A DNA stretch of 64,000 nt from the NCBI RefSeq assembly GCF_036321535.1, contig NC_087437.1, positions 58,034,001 through 58,098,000 of the forward strand, given 5' to 3'. Every line of letters begins with the position of its first letter. The first letter of the stretch is position 1. A program made the position numbers and the translations under genes. Source of the DNA: Camelus dromedarius. Taxonomy: Eukaryota. Positions 1 to 12,427 of the stretch are shown one piece after another. The notes below the pieces were generated by a model. That model saw nothing but the letters and a program-made list of their open reading frames with translations, was not told where the DNA came from and searched no databases.

Positions 1-518
1 CAAGGTCCTCTAATCCTTGGACCAGCACTCTGATGCTCTGGTGTAGGAGTCAAGTATGACCAAACAGAGGCGGTGAGATGGGCTGTGTATGTACAAACCT
101 CAGTCCTTTACAGGACAGCCTGACCATCACACTAATGCTGATAATCAGCTGACATTCGATTTGCCTACTTTCTACTCGATAGATATGGTAGAATACGATT
201 AATATGATATGACCGAAGTCATTTCAATCCATTTAGAAGCCATTATACTATTTGTTCAAAGTTAAATTTGCATTTTTAAAACCTCTTATTTTCACACAAT
301 ATTCCAAATTCCTGTTTTAGATAGCTTCAACCAAAGACACTTAAAACTTTCCAAAAGATCAAGATTACCTGCAAAGAAATTCTACTTAAAGCAGGTTTAA
401 TTTTAGTTAATGTCATACAAAAATGAATCTAGTTTGCTTTAAAAGCATTGAGTAAATAAATGTCTAATAATCTCTAAAATGACTTGTAGCTGGAGGATTC
501 CTAATTGCATGTACTCAC

Positions 519-569
519 GGCTCAACAAAACATATTTCTCCAAGATAAGTCTGCTCTTCTGACTGAGAG
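519..569 (-). other. Candidate 51-nt internal exon of an unidentified minus-strand gene
   Basis: Minus strand reads atctttttcctgtccctccag|CTCTCAGTC...GTTGAGCC|gtgagt: polypyrimidine tract plus CAG acceptor, and a GTGAGT donor. Length is a multiple of 3 with two open frames (SQSEEQTYLGEICFVEP or LSQKSRLILEKYVLLS). Neither peptide recognised; may be a UTR exon. Confidence 0.45.
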
Positions 570-2283
570 CTGGAGGGACAGGAAAAAGATTTCTCATGGC
601 CGCCTTGGATACATACACAAGATACACATCATATACATAGAAGGCCCAGTACTTTTACTCATCTTATTCAAATCAGTTTCTGCTTCTGAATAAGATTAAA
701 AATAAAAAGTTGAGAAAAGGTAAAAATCATGGACATAATCATTGGCTCTTTTGTCAAACCCTAACAGAAATACTTCTAATGGAAGACTTTCTGGCAGATA
801 GCCGACTGAGTTTAGGACAAAAATTCCTGGGAGGTGCATAGAAAAAAGTCCATCCAAACACTCTTCTTCCTTCCAATCTTCACCTTGTTTCAAGGAGCAA
901 CTTAAAATATTACATCCTCTGAGCAGCTTTCCTTGATTATGCCTGGTTACGGCGTGAGCTCCCCCTAGTGTATCCCTGATGACTCTACTTAACTTACCTA
1001 GCTCCCAGTTCCAGGGTCGGCCCTTGGGGGTAGGGGTCTGTGGGCAATCTGGCCCACTCCCTTCTTTATTTCTGGTTCCCAGCACAGTAACTGACACAGA
1101 GTAAGCATCCCAGTGCTTACTGAATGAATGAACAAGTGAATGGGGAGAACAGAGGCCTGGATGCATGTGTGTGGGGGGAATGCAGTTCATTTCAGACAAA
1201 TTATCTTGCCAAGCAAATAAAAACATGGAGTACAGAAGAGACCTCAGAGATCATCTGGTCCAACCTCCTCATTTTCCAGAAGCCAAGGAATCTTGGCTGA
1301 GTGCCCCGTGAAATATAAAAGAATATTTCAGAAAACATATGAAAGAATATTAGGAAAAGCAAACACTCTCTCTAATAAATGAAGATACCAGCCGACACAA
1401 TCTTCAAGCGGAACTTAAATAATTGAAGGGTTCACGGCGCTAATTTTATTTGGCCTTTATTAGCACCTTCAAAAGCGTCCACCTATTACCTAGCAGTGTC
1501 AAATCTCCATCAACCAGGCTCAATTACTTCTCAGTATGTAGATCAGGCAAGATTCTCCCTTCGCCCCCTCCCGCGTCTCTCCAGCCTTTCAATGCTCATT
1601 AGCACCTCCAACAGAAGGCTGAGGAAATGAAACTCCAATTTATCAATGTCAACTGTTGAACCAGCAAATTGCATCAGTCCCGCCCCCAAATGGAAGTGTC
1701 TGGACAATTCTGAATCAACAAGATGTTGGCAGCTGTGTTCCTATGGTTCAGTAATTGCATTGTTTCCTACTGCGCTCTACGGGTTGTGAAATGAATTTAT
1801 TAAATAACCTACAGAGGGAATGTGGTGTGGGCTTGGGGAAACAGCTCTGAGATGGTGTGCGGAGGCTGGTCTCTAGTCCCACTCAGACCACGAGCCTTGA
1901 CTTCGGTTTTCTAGTCCTTGGGCTTCTGAGTATTTAAGAGGATAATATTCCTGCCCTGGGCAGCAAAGAATCTCTGGCACCTAAACCACTCTACACACAG
2001 GGCTTGGTAGGTAGGATGCGCTTGAACCTGTAACAGACCACTTCATACTGGAAGACAACGGTGAGGGAAGGAAAACTGAGTCCACACACATGAAGCATAT
2101 AACGGAAGGATTCAAACATACATGGTATAGAAATCAGTTCTATTGTCTTTGATAAGCTGGCTAGTTGGTATTCTGCAATTGTCTTAGGTTATTAAAACTA
2201 GCTGGTGTTTTGTAAATCTGGACTTAAACTGGCTATGTGACAGAATGAGAAATATTTCCAAGTGAAGATAAAAAACTTACTGG

Positions 2284-2284
<1 letters not shown>

Positions 2285-2319
<35 letters not shown>

Positions 2320-2336
2320 TAATTATTATTATTATT
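2285..2336. repeat. (TTA)n microsatellite, interrupted
   Basis: ttattattatt... run seen directly. Confidence 0.95.
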
Positions 2337-3604
2337 GTAAAAGAGGAAAAGTAAGTTTAATAAAAGTCAACCCTAAGCCTAGTTGCCCCTATTTCCATTA
2401 GCGTCATATCAGACTATCTCAGAAGGCAAAAGGATTTGTGACTACAGAGAATGTCCCCAGAGAGCTGCCCTGCTGCGGGTGTGGGAGTGAAGTCTCCCTA
2501 AATAGCACAGGGTCTCCTGGGTTGCTGGGGTGTTTTTTTCTGGACAAAGACAGAGGAGGCTGAGTGAGCATGAGATTAGGAAAAATACCTTCCTCTCAAC
2601 TGGGAGTTCAGGGCTCACTGAGGACCCTCATTTTGGTCTCAGTGTTGAAATAAGGCTCTCTCTCAAATTAAGAAGCAGAATTCCACTCCCTTCCAAACTC
2701 TTTAACCAATTATTTGAAAAATAGGACTTGATTCAGATCCATAATCATTTACTAACTGTTTACACAGAGCCCAGTGGTCCTGGCCAGGTGGTATAATGGC
2801 TAACAGATTACTTACCCCAGGCTTGATCATTTCTGCACTAGGTGTAATAATGGTTAAGGATAAAATCGTATCTGTCAAGCCAAGCCCGGGGCTGACCACA
2901 CTGAAGTCTATCCTAGCTGGGCTGGGTACTCTATTTCCAATCTCTTACCTAAACCTTGCAGAAACCACGTGAGGTAGGAATGAGGATTACTGTTCTGCAG
3001 ACGGAGAAGGGTTTTACTCAAGGGCATGAAGTTGGGAAGTAAGAGATTTAGGAACTAAAACCACGTCAGGCTCACTCCACATCTCCCCCACTTCCTGCGA
3101 CAAGATGTTGGTGTGAATCTCGGGGAGATTCTGTTCTTTCTCAACTGACTGGGTGACAGTGCCCCACAAGGCACTCTTGCGAATACATTAGTGGCACTAC
3201 ACTGAGGCCCTTCCTTCCCTCCTTCCCAGCCGAGTCGATGGAATATGTACAGAGAAGTTCATTATTGGAGCCTTACGGGCTTTGGTTCTGGCTGAATGCT
3301 AATTTCCTTTATTTCTAATTAAGAGTCCTCTGGTCAAATTGCAGGTCAACAGCCTGATGGGCGGCACTGTAGAGTGTGTTTTAAAAGCCACCCATGGGCT
3401 GCATTAGAGCTGAGGACCGGCGCTCCAGCCCTCCCCGGGTGTACCGTGGACCAAGAGAGGAGGCCAAGGTCCCAGCTCACTCCTGCCCCAGGACTGGGGC
3501 TGAGAAGCCTGGATTCCCAACTCACAACTGCTGGAGCAAGTCATCCTCTCCTCTGGGGCCTGTTTCCCCATCTGCTAAATGGTGGGTTTGGACTGGCTGA
3601 TGTA

Positions 3605-4345
3605 TTTTTTAAAGACATATCTATGGATGTATAACTTACATACAGTAAAATTCACTCTTTTTAAAGATAGTTTGAGGAGGGGGTAGGGATATAGATAGCA
3701 TAGTGGTAGAGTGATGTTCAGTGTGCATGAGGTCCTGGGTTCAATTCCCAGTACCTCCATTAAAAATTTTTTTTTAATTCTAAAAAAAAGGTAACAGTTT
3801 GAGGAGTCTGACAAAGATATACAGTTACATAACTCCAGCCACAATTAAGGCATAGAAGATTTCCATCACGTCCAAAATGTCCTCCTGTCCTTTTGCAGTC
3901 AGTCAGTCAATCAACCTCTGATCTGATTTCTAACCCTAGAGTTTGGCCATTTCCTGAGCGGCACATGGGTGATAAAGCACATAGCCTTTCATGACTGGCT
4001 TCTCTCACCTAGCACGGTGCTTTCGATATTCGTTCATGTTGCTGAATTCATCACATCAATAGCTGGCTCCTTCTCACTGCTGAGCAGTAGCCCCTGTACT
4101 GACGTGACACACTTTGCTTATCCACTCACCGTGGACATGCAGTTGGGTTGTTTCCAGTTTTGTGACAATATGAGTAAAACAGCTGTAGGCCTTTGGTGGA
4201 CACAGATTCCGTCTCTCTTAGGTAAACAGGAGTACGACAGTGGTGCCATTTGTTGAGTCTATGGTGTGTGCATAACTTCCTAAAAGTGTCACACTGTTTT
4301 CCAAAAGTGGCTGCACCATTTTACATTCCCACCAGCCATGTGTGG
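3605..4345 (-). mobile_element. Old L1M-type LINE 3' end, interrupted by a SINE
   Basis: Antisense L1M 3' motifs: tataacttacatacagtaaaattcactcttt, gggttgtttccagtttt, gtggctgcaccattttacattcccaccag. Confidence 0.8.
3679..3795 (+). mobile_element. tRNA-Ala-derived camelid SINE (Vic-1-like)
   Basis: tagtggtagagtg...tgcatgaggtcctgggttcaattcccagtacctcca followed by an A/T-rich tail; flanking direct repeat AGTTTGAGGAG at 3669-3679 and 3796-3806. Confidence 0.88.
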
Positions 4346-4619
4346 ACTGGCTGATATTTAATGGGTAGCTTCAGAAAATGACTGTGATTCCCATCAATGT
4401 CCCATGAATGGATAGACTCTTCTGGAGCGGAGGTCCTGTGAAATCCACCTCAGAGCCTTCACAGCACCAAGCACTGAGGCAAAGTAAGTGCGTGGACTCA
4501 ATATTGGGAGCCCTTCCAGCTCTGACAGTGCCACCATCCTCTTGTTCCTTCTCTGGACATCTTGTTCTGACAGTGGACACTGAACACCAGCTTTAGGCTG
4601 CAATCAACCTGGGATGGCC

Positions 4620-4780
4620 CACAAAACTACCACCTGTGCAAGGTAAACGCTCTCTCCTCTCACAGGCCTGATTTCCTTTTCTGTAAACTGGAGTTGATCA
4701 TTACCTCCTGCATGGGTTGTTGGAAGGTTCAATAATGTAACATATGCGCTCAGCACATAGTAGGTGTTCAGTAAACACCA
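4620..4780 (+). mobile_element. MIR SINE fragment
   Basis: atttccttttctgtaaactgg...gcgctcagcacatagtaggtgttcagtaaa resembles MIR core and 3' end. Confidence 0.65.
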
Positions 4781-5322
4781 ATTTTTAGCTTCTACAGTTA
4801 TAGACTGCCATGGCTGATAAAGAAACGTTAGGTGATAAACTCTATCCCCTTCCAAAGGTCCCCAACAACCACTAGAATGTGAAAACAGAACTCCCTGTGC
4901 TTCAGTGCAGAGACCTCACCATGTTTTCCTGCTAGATTCAAAAGGTTCAAGAGTTCCCTCTCTCCAAGTATTATGTCGGTGTATTCATTCCTCCCTTTAT
5001 TTATAATGTATACATACGCCTGTATCCGTGTGTATTACATACATACAGAGGCAGAGAGAGATGAGCAAAAGAAACATAGTTCCTCTCCGGTTGAGCTTAG
5101 TCTAATATGTTCCTCTTAACTAATGTGCAGGAAGACACAGGACAGAAGTTTTGCCATGGCCGAGAAAAAAGCCGAGTGCCGGGACCAGCGTTCCAGACGT
5201 CAGCCACGCAGCTACAGTGCGGCAGCATCATCAGGATTACTCCAGCTCTAATTTTCATTTTATTTTGGGAAATATATTGTAGATCTCGAGTTTTCCTGAT
5301 TGCTAATATGTGTGTGCAGGAG

Positions 5323-5324
<2 letters not shown>

Positions 5325-5356
<32 letters not shown>
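5325..5356. repeat. (GT)16 microsatellite
   Basis: Seen directly. Confidence 0.97.
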
Positions 5357-5358
<2 letters not shown>

Positions 5359-6054
5359 AAGAGGGAGAGAGGCAGGAAAGGAGGACGGAGAACCCACTGA
5401 TGGGCATCTGAGCTCTGAATAATGCAGCGACACGTTTCATTTCAAGCACTGTTTGTGTTCCATCCCCACCCCCGCAAGCTAATCCCCTCGCCTTCTGAGT
5501 GCCCAGCTGCTGCCGTCTGAAACCTGCCCTTCGCTGGGAAGAGGCTCACAGCTGCAGCAAGCTGCCCACCTACTAATGCCTGGGCTCCTATCGGCTTCAC
5601 GCCTCTCTTTCCCTTGACCGACTTAGTGAAGTGGGCTGGTTTCCCTAGTTCCTTCCCCCAAACCATTTGTTTCTCTGCCAAAATTAGAGGAGGAGGCGAG
5701 CACCCCTCGAGGAGAGAGCCATTCTGGTCGCAGTGCAGCCCTGCAGAGAGGGCCACCCGAGGCCTGCCCGGCTCTGCTCGCTTTCCTACCAAGAGGGTGC
5801 TTCCTGGACCAGGAGTGAGGGCAGTAGACGAGAGCTCGTTAGAATGCATTCTAGACTGACTGAAGCAGAGCCTGTGTTTCCACAGGGGGCGCAGGGAATG
5901 TGGCAGCACATTAGAGTTTCAGAAGTGCTCGAATGGAATATAAACCCCAGAGAGTTTTCGTTGAATTTAAGGACCTGACCTGAGAATATGAGATCAGGAC
6001 AAGGCGGATCAGGACAAAACTATATTGGAGAGGCAGCGCGGTGTGAAGGAAACA

Positions 6055-6555
6055 GCCCGACCTGACGACCCTCACTTTCTGATATTCACGCCCTTGCGTG
6101 GTCCCCGCGAACACTGAGTCACGGTTGGTCCAGGTGGCAAATACGAGCATGTGAGGCTTCCGAGGTGAAGTCAGAACAGCCACTGCGACATTGCCCCAGA
6201 TTGGCTCCTTGCACCACTTGCACTGGGGGAGCCCATCACTATGTTGGGGGCACTTTCAAGAGCTTGTAGAGAAGCCCACCTGGGGATAAACCGAAGTCTC
6301 CCAGCACCACTCACCCTCCAGGCGAGAAGCCAGCTTTGCGAGTGGACCCTCCAGGCGCAGCCAAGCTTTCAGGGGACGGCAGATCCAGCCAACACCTTAC
6401 CTGCTACTTCATGAGAGACCCCAAGCCAGAACCACCAGCTAAGCCGCTCCCAAATGCCTGACCCCAAGAAACCATGCGAGCTAATAAACATTCAATGTTG
6501 TTTTAAGCCACTGAGTGCTGGGGTCATCGGTTATTCAGTAACAAATAACTAGTAC
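6055..6555 (+). mobile_element. MLT1-type (ERVL-MaLR) solo LTR
   Basis: MLT1F/H-like 3' part: catgagagaccccaagccagaaccaccagctaagccgctcccaaat...aataaa...tgttgttttaagccactgagt...taactagtac. Confidence 0.8.
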
Positions 6556-7121
6556 GAGGACAGAGCGCTGGGTCTGAAACTGGGCTGCCCCAACTAGCAG
6601 GGGTCTTCCGTGCTCACATCACCATCTTAGTCCCTCTGATGCCTTGTCTACAAAGGGAACAATCGCAGTTCATCCAACCTTCAAGCCCTTTGAGTATACC
6701 AATGCACCATTGCTCCCTATGTCACCAAGACCGAAAAAAGGTGTCATCAAATTCATATATCTTCGGTTCTCAAATGCAGACTAATTTGAGAGATATAAAA
6801 CTAGGGAAATGTGCATCTTAAAATCAATGGCATACAGTTTGATGTTTGTTCTGCCCACCACACGGAGACGGTAAAAGGATCAATGGCATAACAGATGAGG
6901 AGCCACCTGGCGGGGATGGATGGGCAGCATTCAGAAGCATCTCTGCCTGAGAAAGGGAAATGACAAGATGGTTCCAGACCAGCTAATTAAACCAGCTCTG
7001 CTGGGCTCCCGCACTTCACTTTTAATGCTCTTGCCTCCGGCTCCTATCACAATTTATGCTCAAAATGACTCCTACAAAGCCCAACTGAGAGGGAAAAATC
7101 GTCAAGGAAAACCATCTATGA

Positions 7122-7294
7122 CAGTGCTCCCCAAACTTGCTGGAGCATAAGAAATGACTTGGTGCATTTGTTAAGTCTACACCTAGGCCCCTTGCTAGAG
7201 ACTTTGATTCAGTAAACCTGGGGTGGATGTTGGAATCTATATTTTAACAAGGGCCGCAGGCAGTTCTTGTGAACATACAAGATTTAAAACACTG
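7122..7294. mobile_element. MER5-type hAT-Charlie non-autonomous DNA transposon
   Basis: CAGTG...CACTG termini; internal gattcagtaaacctggggtgg...ggaatctatattttaacaag. Confidence 0.75.
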
Positions 7295-7590
7295 ATCAAA
7301 ACAAGATAATATTCACCCACTTACTAATATTTTTCCTTGCATCAAATCATAATAGGAAAAGTACAAGTCTGGATTGCCTTAGCTCTGTCCCCAATTAAAA
7401 AAATGTCTTCAACCCAATTTGAAGATCAATGCAAAAAACTCTCTTACCAAGGAGAGTTTGCCATCAGCCGGAAAACTTACTGAAGTCATGGAAAATTATA
7501 CCAGTCAATGTTTGTAAGTTTAAAAATCTGCATAACATTAGAGGAGATACATATTAAAGAATATATCTCTGACAGGCTGACCTGTTTCCT

Positions 7591-7772
7591 CTTTTGTTTT
7601 TAATTGAGGTATAGTTGATGTACAATATTATGCAAGTTTCAGGTGCACAACATAGTGCTTCATAATTTTTAAAGGTTATATTCCAGTTAGAGTTATTATA
7701 AAATATTATCTATATTCCTTGTGCTGTACAATATGTCCTTGTAGCTTATTTATTTTATACATAGTAGTTTGC
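7591..7772 (-). mobile_element. 5'-truncated L1 3' end (cetartiodactyl type) with target-site duplication
   Basis: ttttaattgaggtatagttgatgtacaatattat...ccttgtgctgtacaat; TSD GACCTGTTTCCT at 7579-7590 and 7773-7784. Confidence 0.88.
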
Positions 7773-8043
7773 GACCTGTTTCCTTCTTTATCTGTCAATA
7801 AAAGTTGCTAAGCAACCGTATTTTCTTTTTTGCTCAGACTACCAAGAATTTTTTACTCAATATTCATGCCCCCAAACAATAATAATATCAATAATAGCTA
7901 ATATTTTTGGTCAATAAATACAAAATTGCTACTGCACAGAACTTCTTGAGAGATTGTGGCTCTGCTGTGTATTTTAATGGTAATGTTATAGTCATCTGTT
8001 TTTTCCTTAAGATCCACAAGCCCTTTTGGAAGTAGGCAAGAAA

Positions 8044-8179
8044 AATTTTGGCAGGGGGTGGCGGGTAGATAATTAGGTTTATTTATTTTTAAACTGTTTT
8101 TCAATGGAGGAACGAGGGATGGAACCCAGGACCTCGTGTATACTAAGCATGCACTCTACCACTGAGCTATACCCTCTCC
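8044..8179 (-). mobile_element. tRNA-Ala-derived camelid SINE (Vic-1-like)
   Basis: Reverse complement reads ggagagggtatagctcagtggtagagtgcatgcttagtatacacgaggtcctgggttccatccctcgttcctcca, then the tail aataaataaacctaatta. Confidence 0.9.
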
Positions 8180-11132
8180 TCCTGAGAAACAAGTTTTAAA
8201 ATCAATGCTGTTTGTTTTGTTCTGTTCTGTTTCTAATCACATTGAGACTAAACCACCACAACCCCATTTCTAGCAACTCTTCTCCAAGTTATGCGGGTTG
8301 TTTCCTCTCGTACCCATCCCTGGACCAGCTTTTAAAACACCACAGGGATGCTAACCCCATCTTGGCAAGGAAGTCCGTTTCCTACTCAAGCCAAGTAACT
8401 TACACAAATGAACAGAAAATAATTTTAGAGCAGTTCCTCAAAAGGCTCTTCTTGTCTATCTCTGGTATATAACGTAATTTTCTGACAATTTGACCCATCT
8501 ATGGCAGCTGAGTCAGGCCATTAAAATCCTTTCCTGCAAGAACCAAAACCAAAAAAAAAAAAAAAACCCAACAACAAAAACCAAAAAGACCTTCCTCATC
8601 ATTTTTAAACATCTTACTCATGTGCTTTCAGTTTTGCAACAGAATTTCATCCTTGACCTGAAACTAAATATCTCACAGACAATAATTAAGTCACTAGAAC
8701 CCTGTTGTGAAAAGGGCATTTTCTGACAGATGGGATACACCAAGACAGAAATTGTTTGTCCTTTTCCCCAGCCTTCTGGAGTAAGGAGACTCAGGGCAAG
8801 GATTTCCATGATCAACCTTGGAGTCTGAGGAGCATGCAGAGGCTCAAAAGGACACCGCTAGGCTGGCAATGCTTTAGAGGACGGGGTAGTGTTACTTCCC
8901 ATTGTCCCAGGGAATATTGTCAATCTACCATCCTGGCTGGCCAGGCTGACTTCACCTTGTTCTTTCGGTGGAAGACCCTTTACTCTGTGAAGTCCTCCCA
9001 GCTGCCCCTCTCCTCCCCTCAGGGCTAATCCTGTTCCCACCCGTCTTCCCATGACACTCACAACATGGCCCCACAACTGGTGGCCTTATCTATTTGTCTT
9101 TGCTGCCGGACTAAGTTGCTTGAGGTCAGTGATCCCAGTTAATTCATCTTTGAACTGCAGGACCAATCAGATTACCTGGTACATAGTAGGTGCTCGGTCA
9201 ATCTGTACTAATGAAAGAATCTGATCTAGTTCAGGGATTGAGGTTCCTCTGATTCAAATTCTTTTGACCAAAGAAGGTCAAACCAGAACTCTTAAGCTGA
9301 TTTGCATAAAGAGGTCATTATGCAAAGAAGGACATTAGGCCCAAAGAACTGAAGTGATTTTTCCCGAGTTAACACCAAAAAAAGGAAACAAGACAGACAA
9401 AAATCCAAACTCTCTCATTACCAACCCAACTGATTCTCCTTTATGCCACTTCACGCATATGTTCCTCCTTTTGTCAGACCCTTGTCTTCTGCCACCACTT
9501 CTTGGATGTTCCAATTTAGTTAGCGTCTCCCTTATCCACCATTTCTCAACCCAGAATCAGGTTCTCAGGGAGAAACCTTCCAGCCTGGAGCAGCCTCCTT
9601 CATCGTCTGCTCCCATACCTCCCTGAAACATGTTCCTTTCCTGTGGAGATTTAGCCCCAGCTTGCAATCATACTTTCAAAAGTAAAACTATTTTATGAGG
9701 GACTATATTTCCCATTAAACTCCCTGAAAGTAGAAACATGTCTTTGTCCCCTGCTTTATCCCTAATGTCTAGTACTGGAAGCCTCACTCAACTAATTATT
9801 TGTTGAATGGCTAAATCATTTTAAAACTCTCCAAAAATAAGGAGTGGGTCAGTTGTACAAATATTCTGTCTCATGAGTAACAGAGATATAATAAAAGCAG
9901 CAAACCATCCCTGTGCAATATTAAAAGACACCTCTATTTTTGCATTCAGATAATTCACATTATAAATAACATGTAGGCAATGCTTAAATTCAGATGTCCC
10001 TGTTTCAGACTCTGGGGAAAATCTGGGAAGCACTCCTCTTTCAGTGGGTTCACACGGAAATGTTAGTTATTATATCATGAGATTAAGACAAACTGGGACC
10101 ACCAATATGATGCTCACAATTTCTTTCCTTGGATAGACTGGCATGTCTGGATTATGTAGACAATTGCTTTTGACAACAGGAACAGACATTTGAGAGGATT
10201 ATTATTTCATTTGTCCCTGGATCTTTAAAAAGATTCTTAAAAGCATATGACTATATTTGCAAATTTTATTCTACTTAACGCAGAAAAAGGACCAGGTTAC
10301 ATCTCTGATTCCCCAATTCACTTATGGATTCCAGAAAGAAATGATGACAATTTGATGTAACTGCTTGAAACATTTTAACAATCTGTTGGGTCTAATACTA
10401 CTTAATTAGATATGAAAGATTGATTCCAATCCTAACTCTGGAATTGAACTAGAGAAGTAAATGGATCACTTCTGCTGTTTCTCTCTCTTCTTCACCTGTT
10501 TAAATATAACAAAACTGTCAGCATGAAGGGGTACTAGCCTTGATCCTACAACTCATGGTGGGAAACCTGCCTTCCTTTGGAAACCCAAGAACAAAATGTT
10601 CTCCCTTGGACAAAATCCTTTAATTATAGTATGTCACTATTTTTAGAATGTTCTTAGCACATTCCCTGTGAAGGGAAGCATATCTTCCCCTTCTTGGAGC
10701 TTGAAAAAATGTCCCACCACTCCTAAGTTGAGGTATCTCAGAGGTGTTGGAGTGAGGCAACAATGATGTCAGAGATTATGGTTATATGCTCCGATCTGTC
10801 TTTGAGTGGATGGAATTAGGTCATAAATCGAGAGACCTAATTATAAACACAGCACAATCTTTCCCTGGACCTCACCCTCTTCTAATATTAAATAAGGAGC
10901 ATTACTCAAAGGTCCTGTTTATCACTAGCATTCTGTGACTCTAACTTTGACCTTACTAACACACAGGCAGTATCTCAGAGCTTGTTTCTGGAAAAGCAGA
11001 GAAAGGACCAGGTATCTTGAGGAGGTTTACTGCCTGTTCTGCCTGTGCTATAGATACCCATGGGTGCCCTGCACCCACCCCTGGGCACTGCTTCACAACA
11101 GACCTGTAACACCCAAAGGTAACCTGGATGCC

Positions 11133-11513
11133 TGTTATGGGCTGAACTGTGTTCCCCTCAAATTCAAATTTTGAAGCTCTAACCCCTAGTATCTCTAAAT
11201 GTGACTATATTTGAAGACAGCACCTTTAAAGGAGTGATTAGATTAAAATGAGGCCATTAGGGAGAGCCCTGATCCATCCCATCAGACTGGCGTCCTTATA
11301 AGAACAGGAAACTGGACACAAAGAGACACAGAGGAAAGGCCATGTGAGGACACACCAAGAAGCCAAGAAGAGGGGTCTCAGGCAAAACTAAGCCTGCTCA
11401 CCCCCTGATCTTCGGCTTCCAGGCTCCGGAACTGTGAGAAAATACATGTGTGTTGTTGTTTAAGCCGCCCAGTCTGTGGTGTTCTGTTACAGCAGCCCTG
11501 GTCGACTAATGCA
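11133..11513 (+). mobile_element. MLT1A/B-type solo LTR, near full length
   Basis: TG...CA termini (tgttatgggctgaactgtg...gactaatgca); aatgtgactatatttgaagacag; gaactgtgagaaaatac; tttaagccgcccagtctgtgg. Confidence 0.9.
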
Positions 11514-11711
11514 AGGCTGAACTGACTCACCTGTCTAGAGAAGAACTTGGATCATCTTGTCTGTATCGCTCCTTTCTCCAGTGAAGAGACTTTAGTTCTA
11601 AAGCAGGAAAGTAACTCTCCCCAGGTCACAGAGGTACTTAGTGCCAGAGAGACACCAGAACAGAACATACGGAGGGAAACGGGGATACTCAACCCCCTGG
11701 ACTTTTTCCTT

Positions 11712-11717
11712 AAAAAA

Positions 11718-11775
<58 letters not shown>
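11712..11775. repeat. A24 run followed by a (TA)n microsatellite
   Basis: Seen directly. Confidence 0.97.
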
Positions 11776-11779
<4 letters not shown>

Positions 11780-12427
11780 AGTGTATAAAATATAAAATAC
11801 ATGTATTTTATACACTAAAACATCACAACTTGGCATAGGCATCCAAACAGCATGCATCAGGGAACCCACACCCAGTCCAAAGTCAGCGTGCTTGAGTAAC
11901 CGATTTCAAATCAGATTATGATATTTCATTGAACTAGAAACACACGTTTAAAACATGTCCTGTTTGTACCCAGAACTCCGTCAGCATCCAGAGGAGGTAT
12001 CAGGACTAGTTCTTTCACTCTAGAAGGCCAACAACTCTCCTCCAGAGAAAGCTCGCCACAGCTACTGACTCTCCTCTGTGCTCTGTTCTTTCCCAAAGGG
12101 GACTCCGGGCATCTGTGTCCATGGAGACACTCAAGCATAAGCATGCCTGCTTTTGAGACTTAATATCAGGCATGAGACTTGACATGTGCATTGGAACCCA
12201 TCTCCCTTCTCCACTTCTGGTCACACACAAGACTTGAACAGGCAGTCTCGACTCCTGGGCTGGCAGGGGCTCCATGCCAAACACGAGAGGGGGCTCAAGA
12301 GGGGGTCTAGCTGCATGCTCCCCGGCCACAGAAGATGTGAGGTCCCGAAGGAGAACTCAAATGAAATTATCGATAGCAAACCTTGATTATCAGAACCAGG
12401 CTAAGGAACAAGGGAAGGGTTCTGGTT

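Noticed and set aside
5876..5893. CCACAGGGGGCGC as a CTCF site
   Set aside because: The 3' half matches but the 5' spacing is one base short of the consensus
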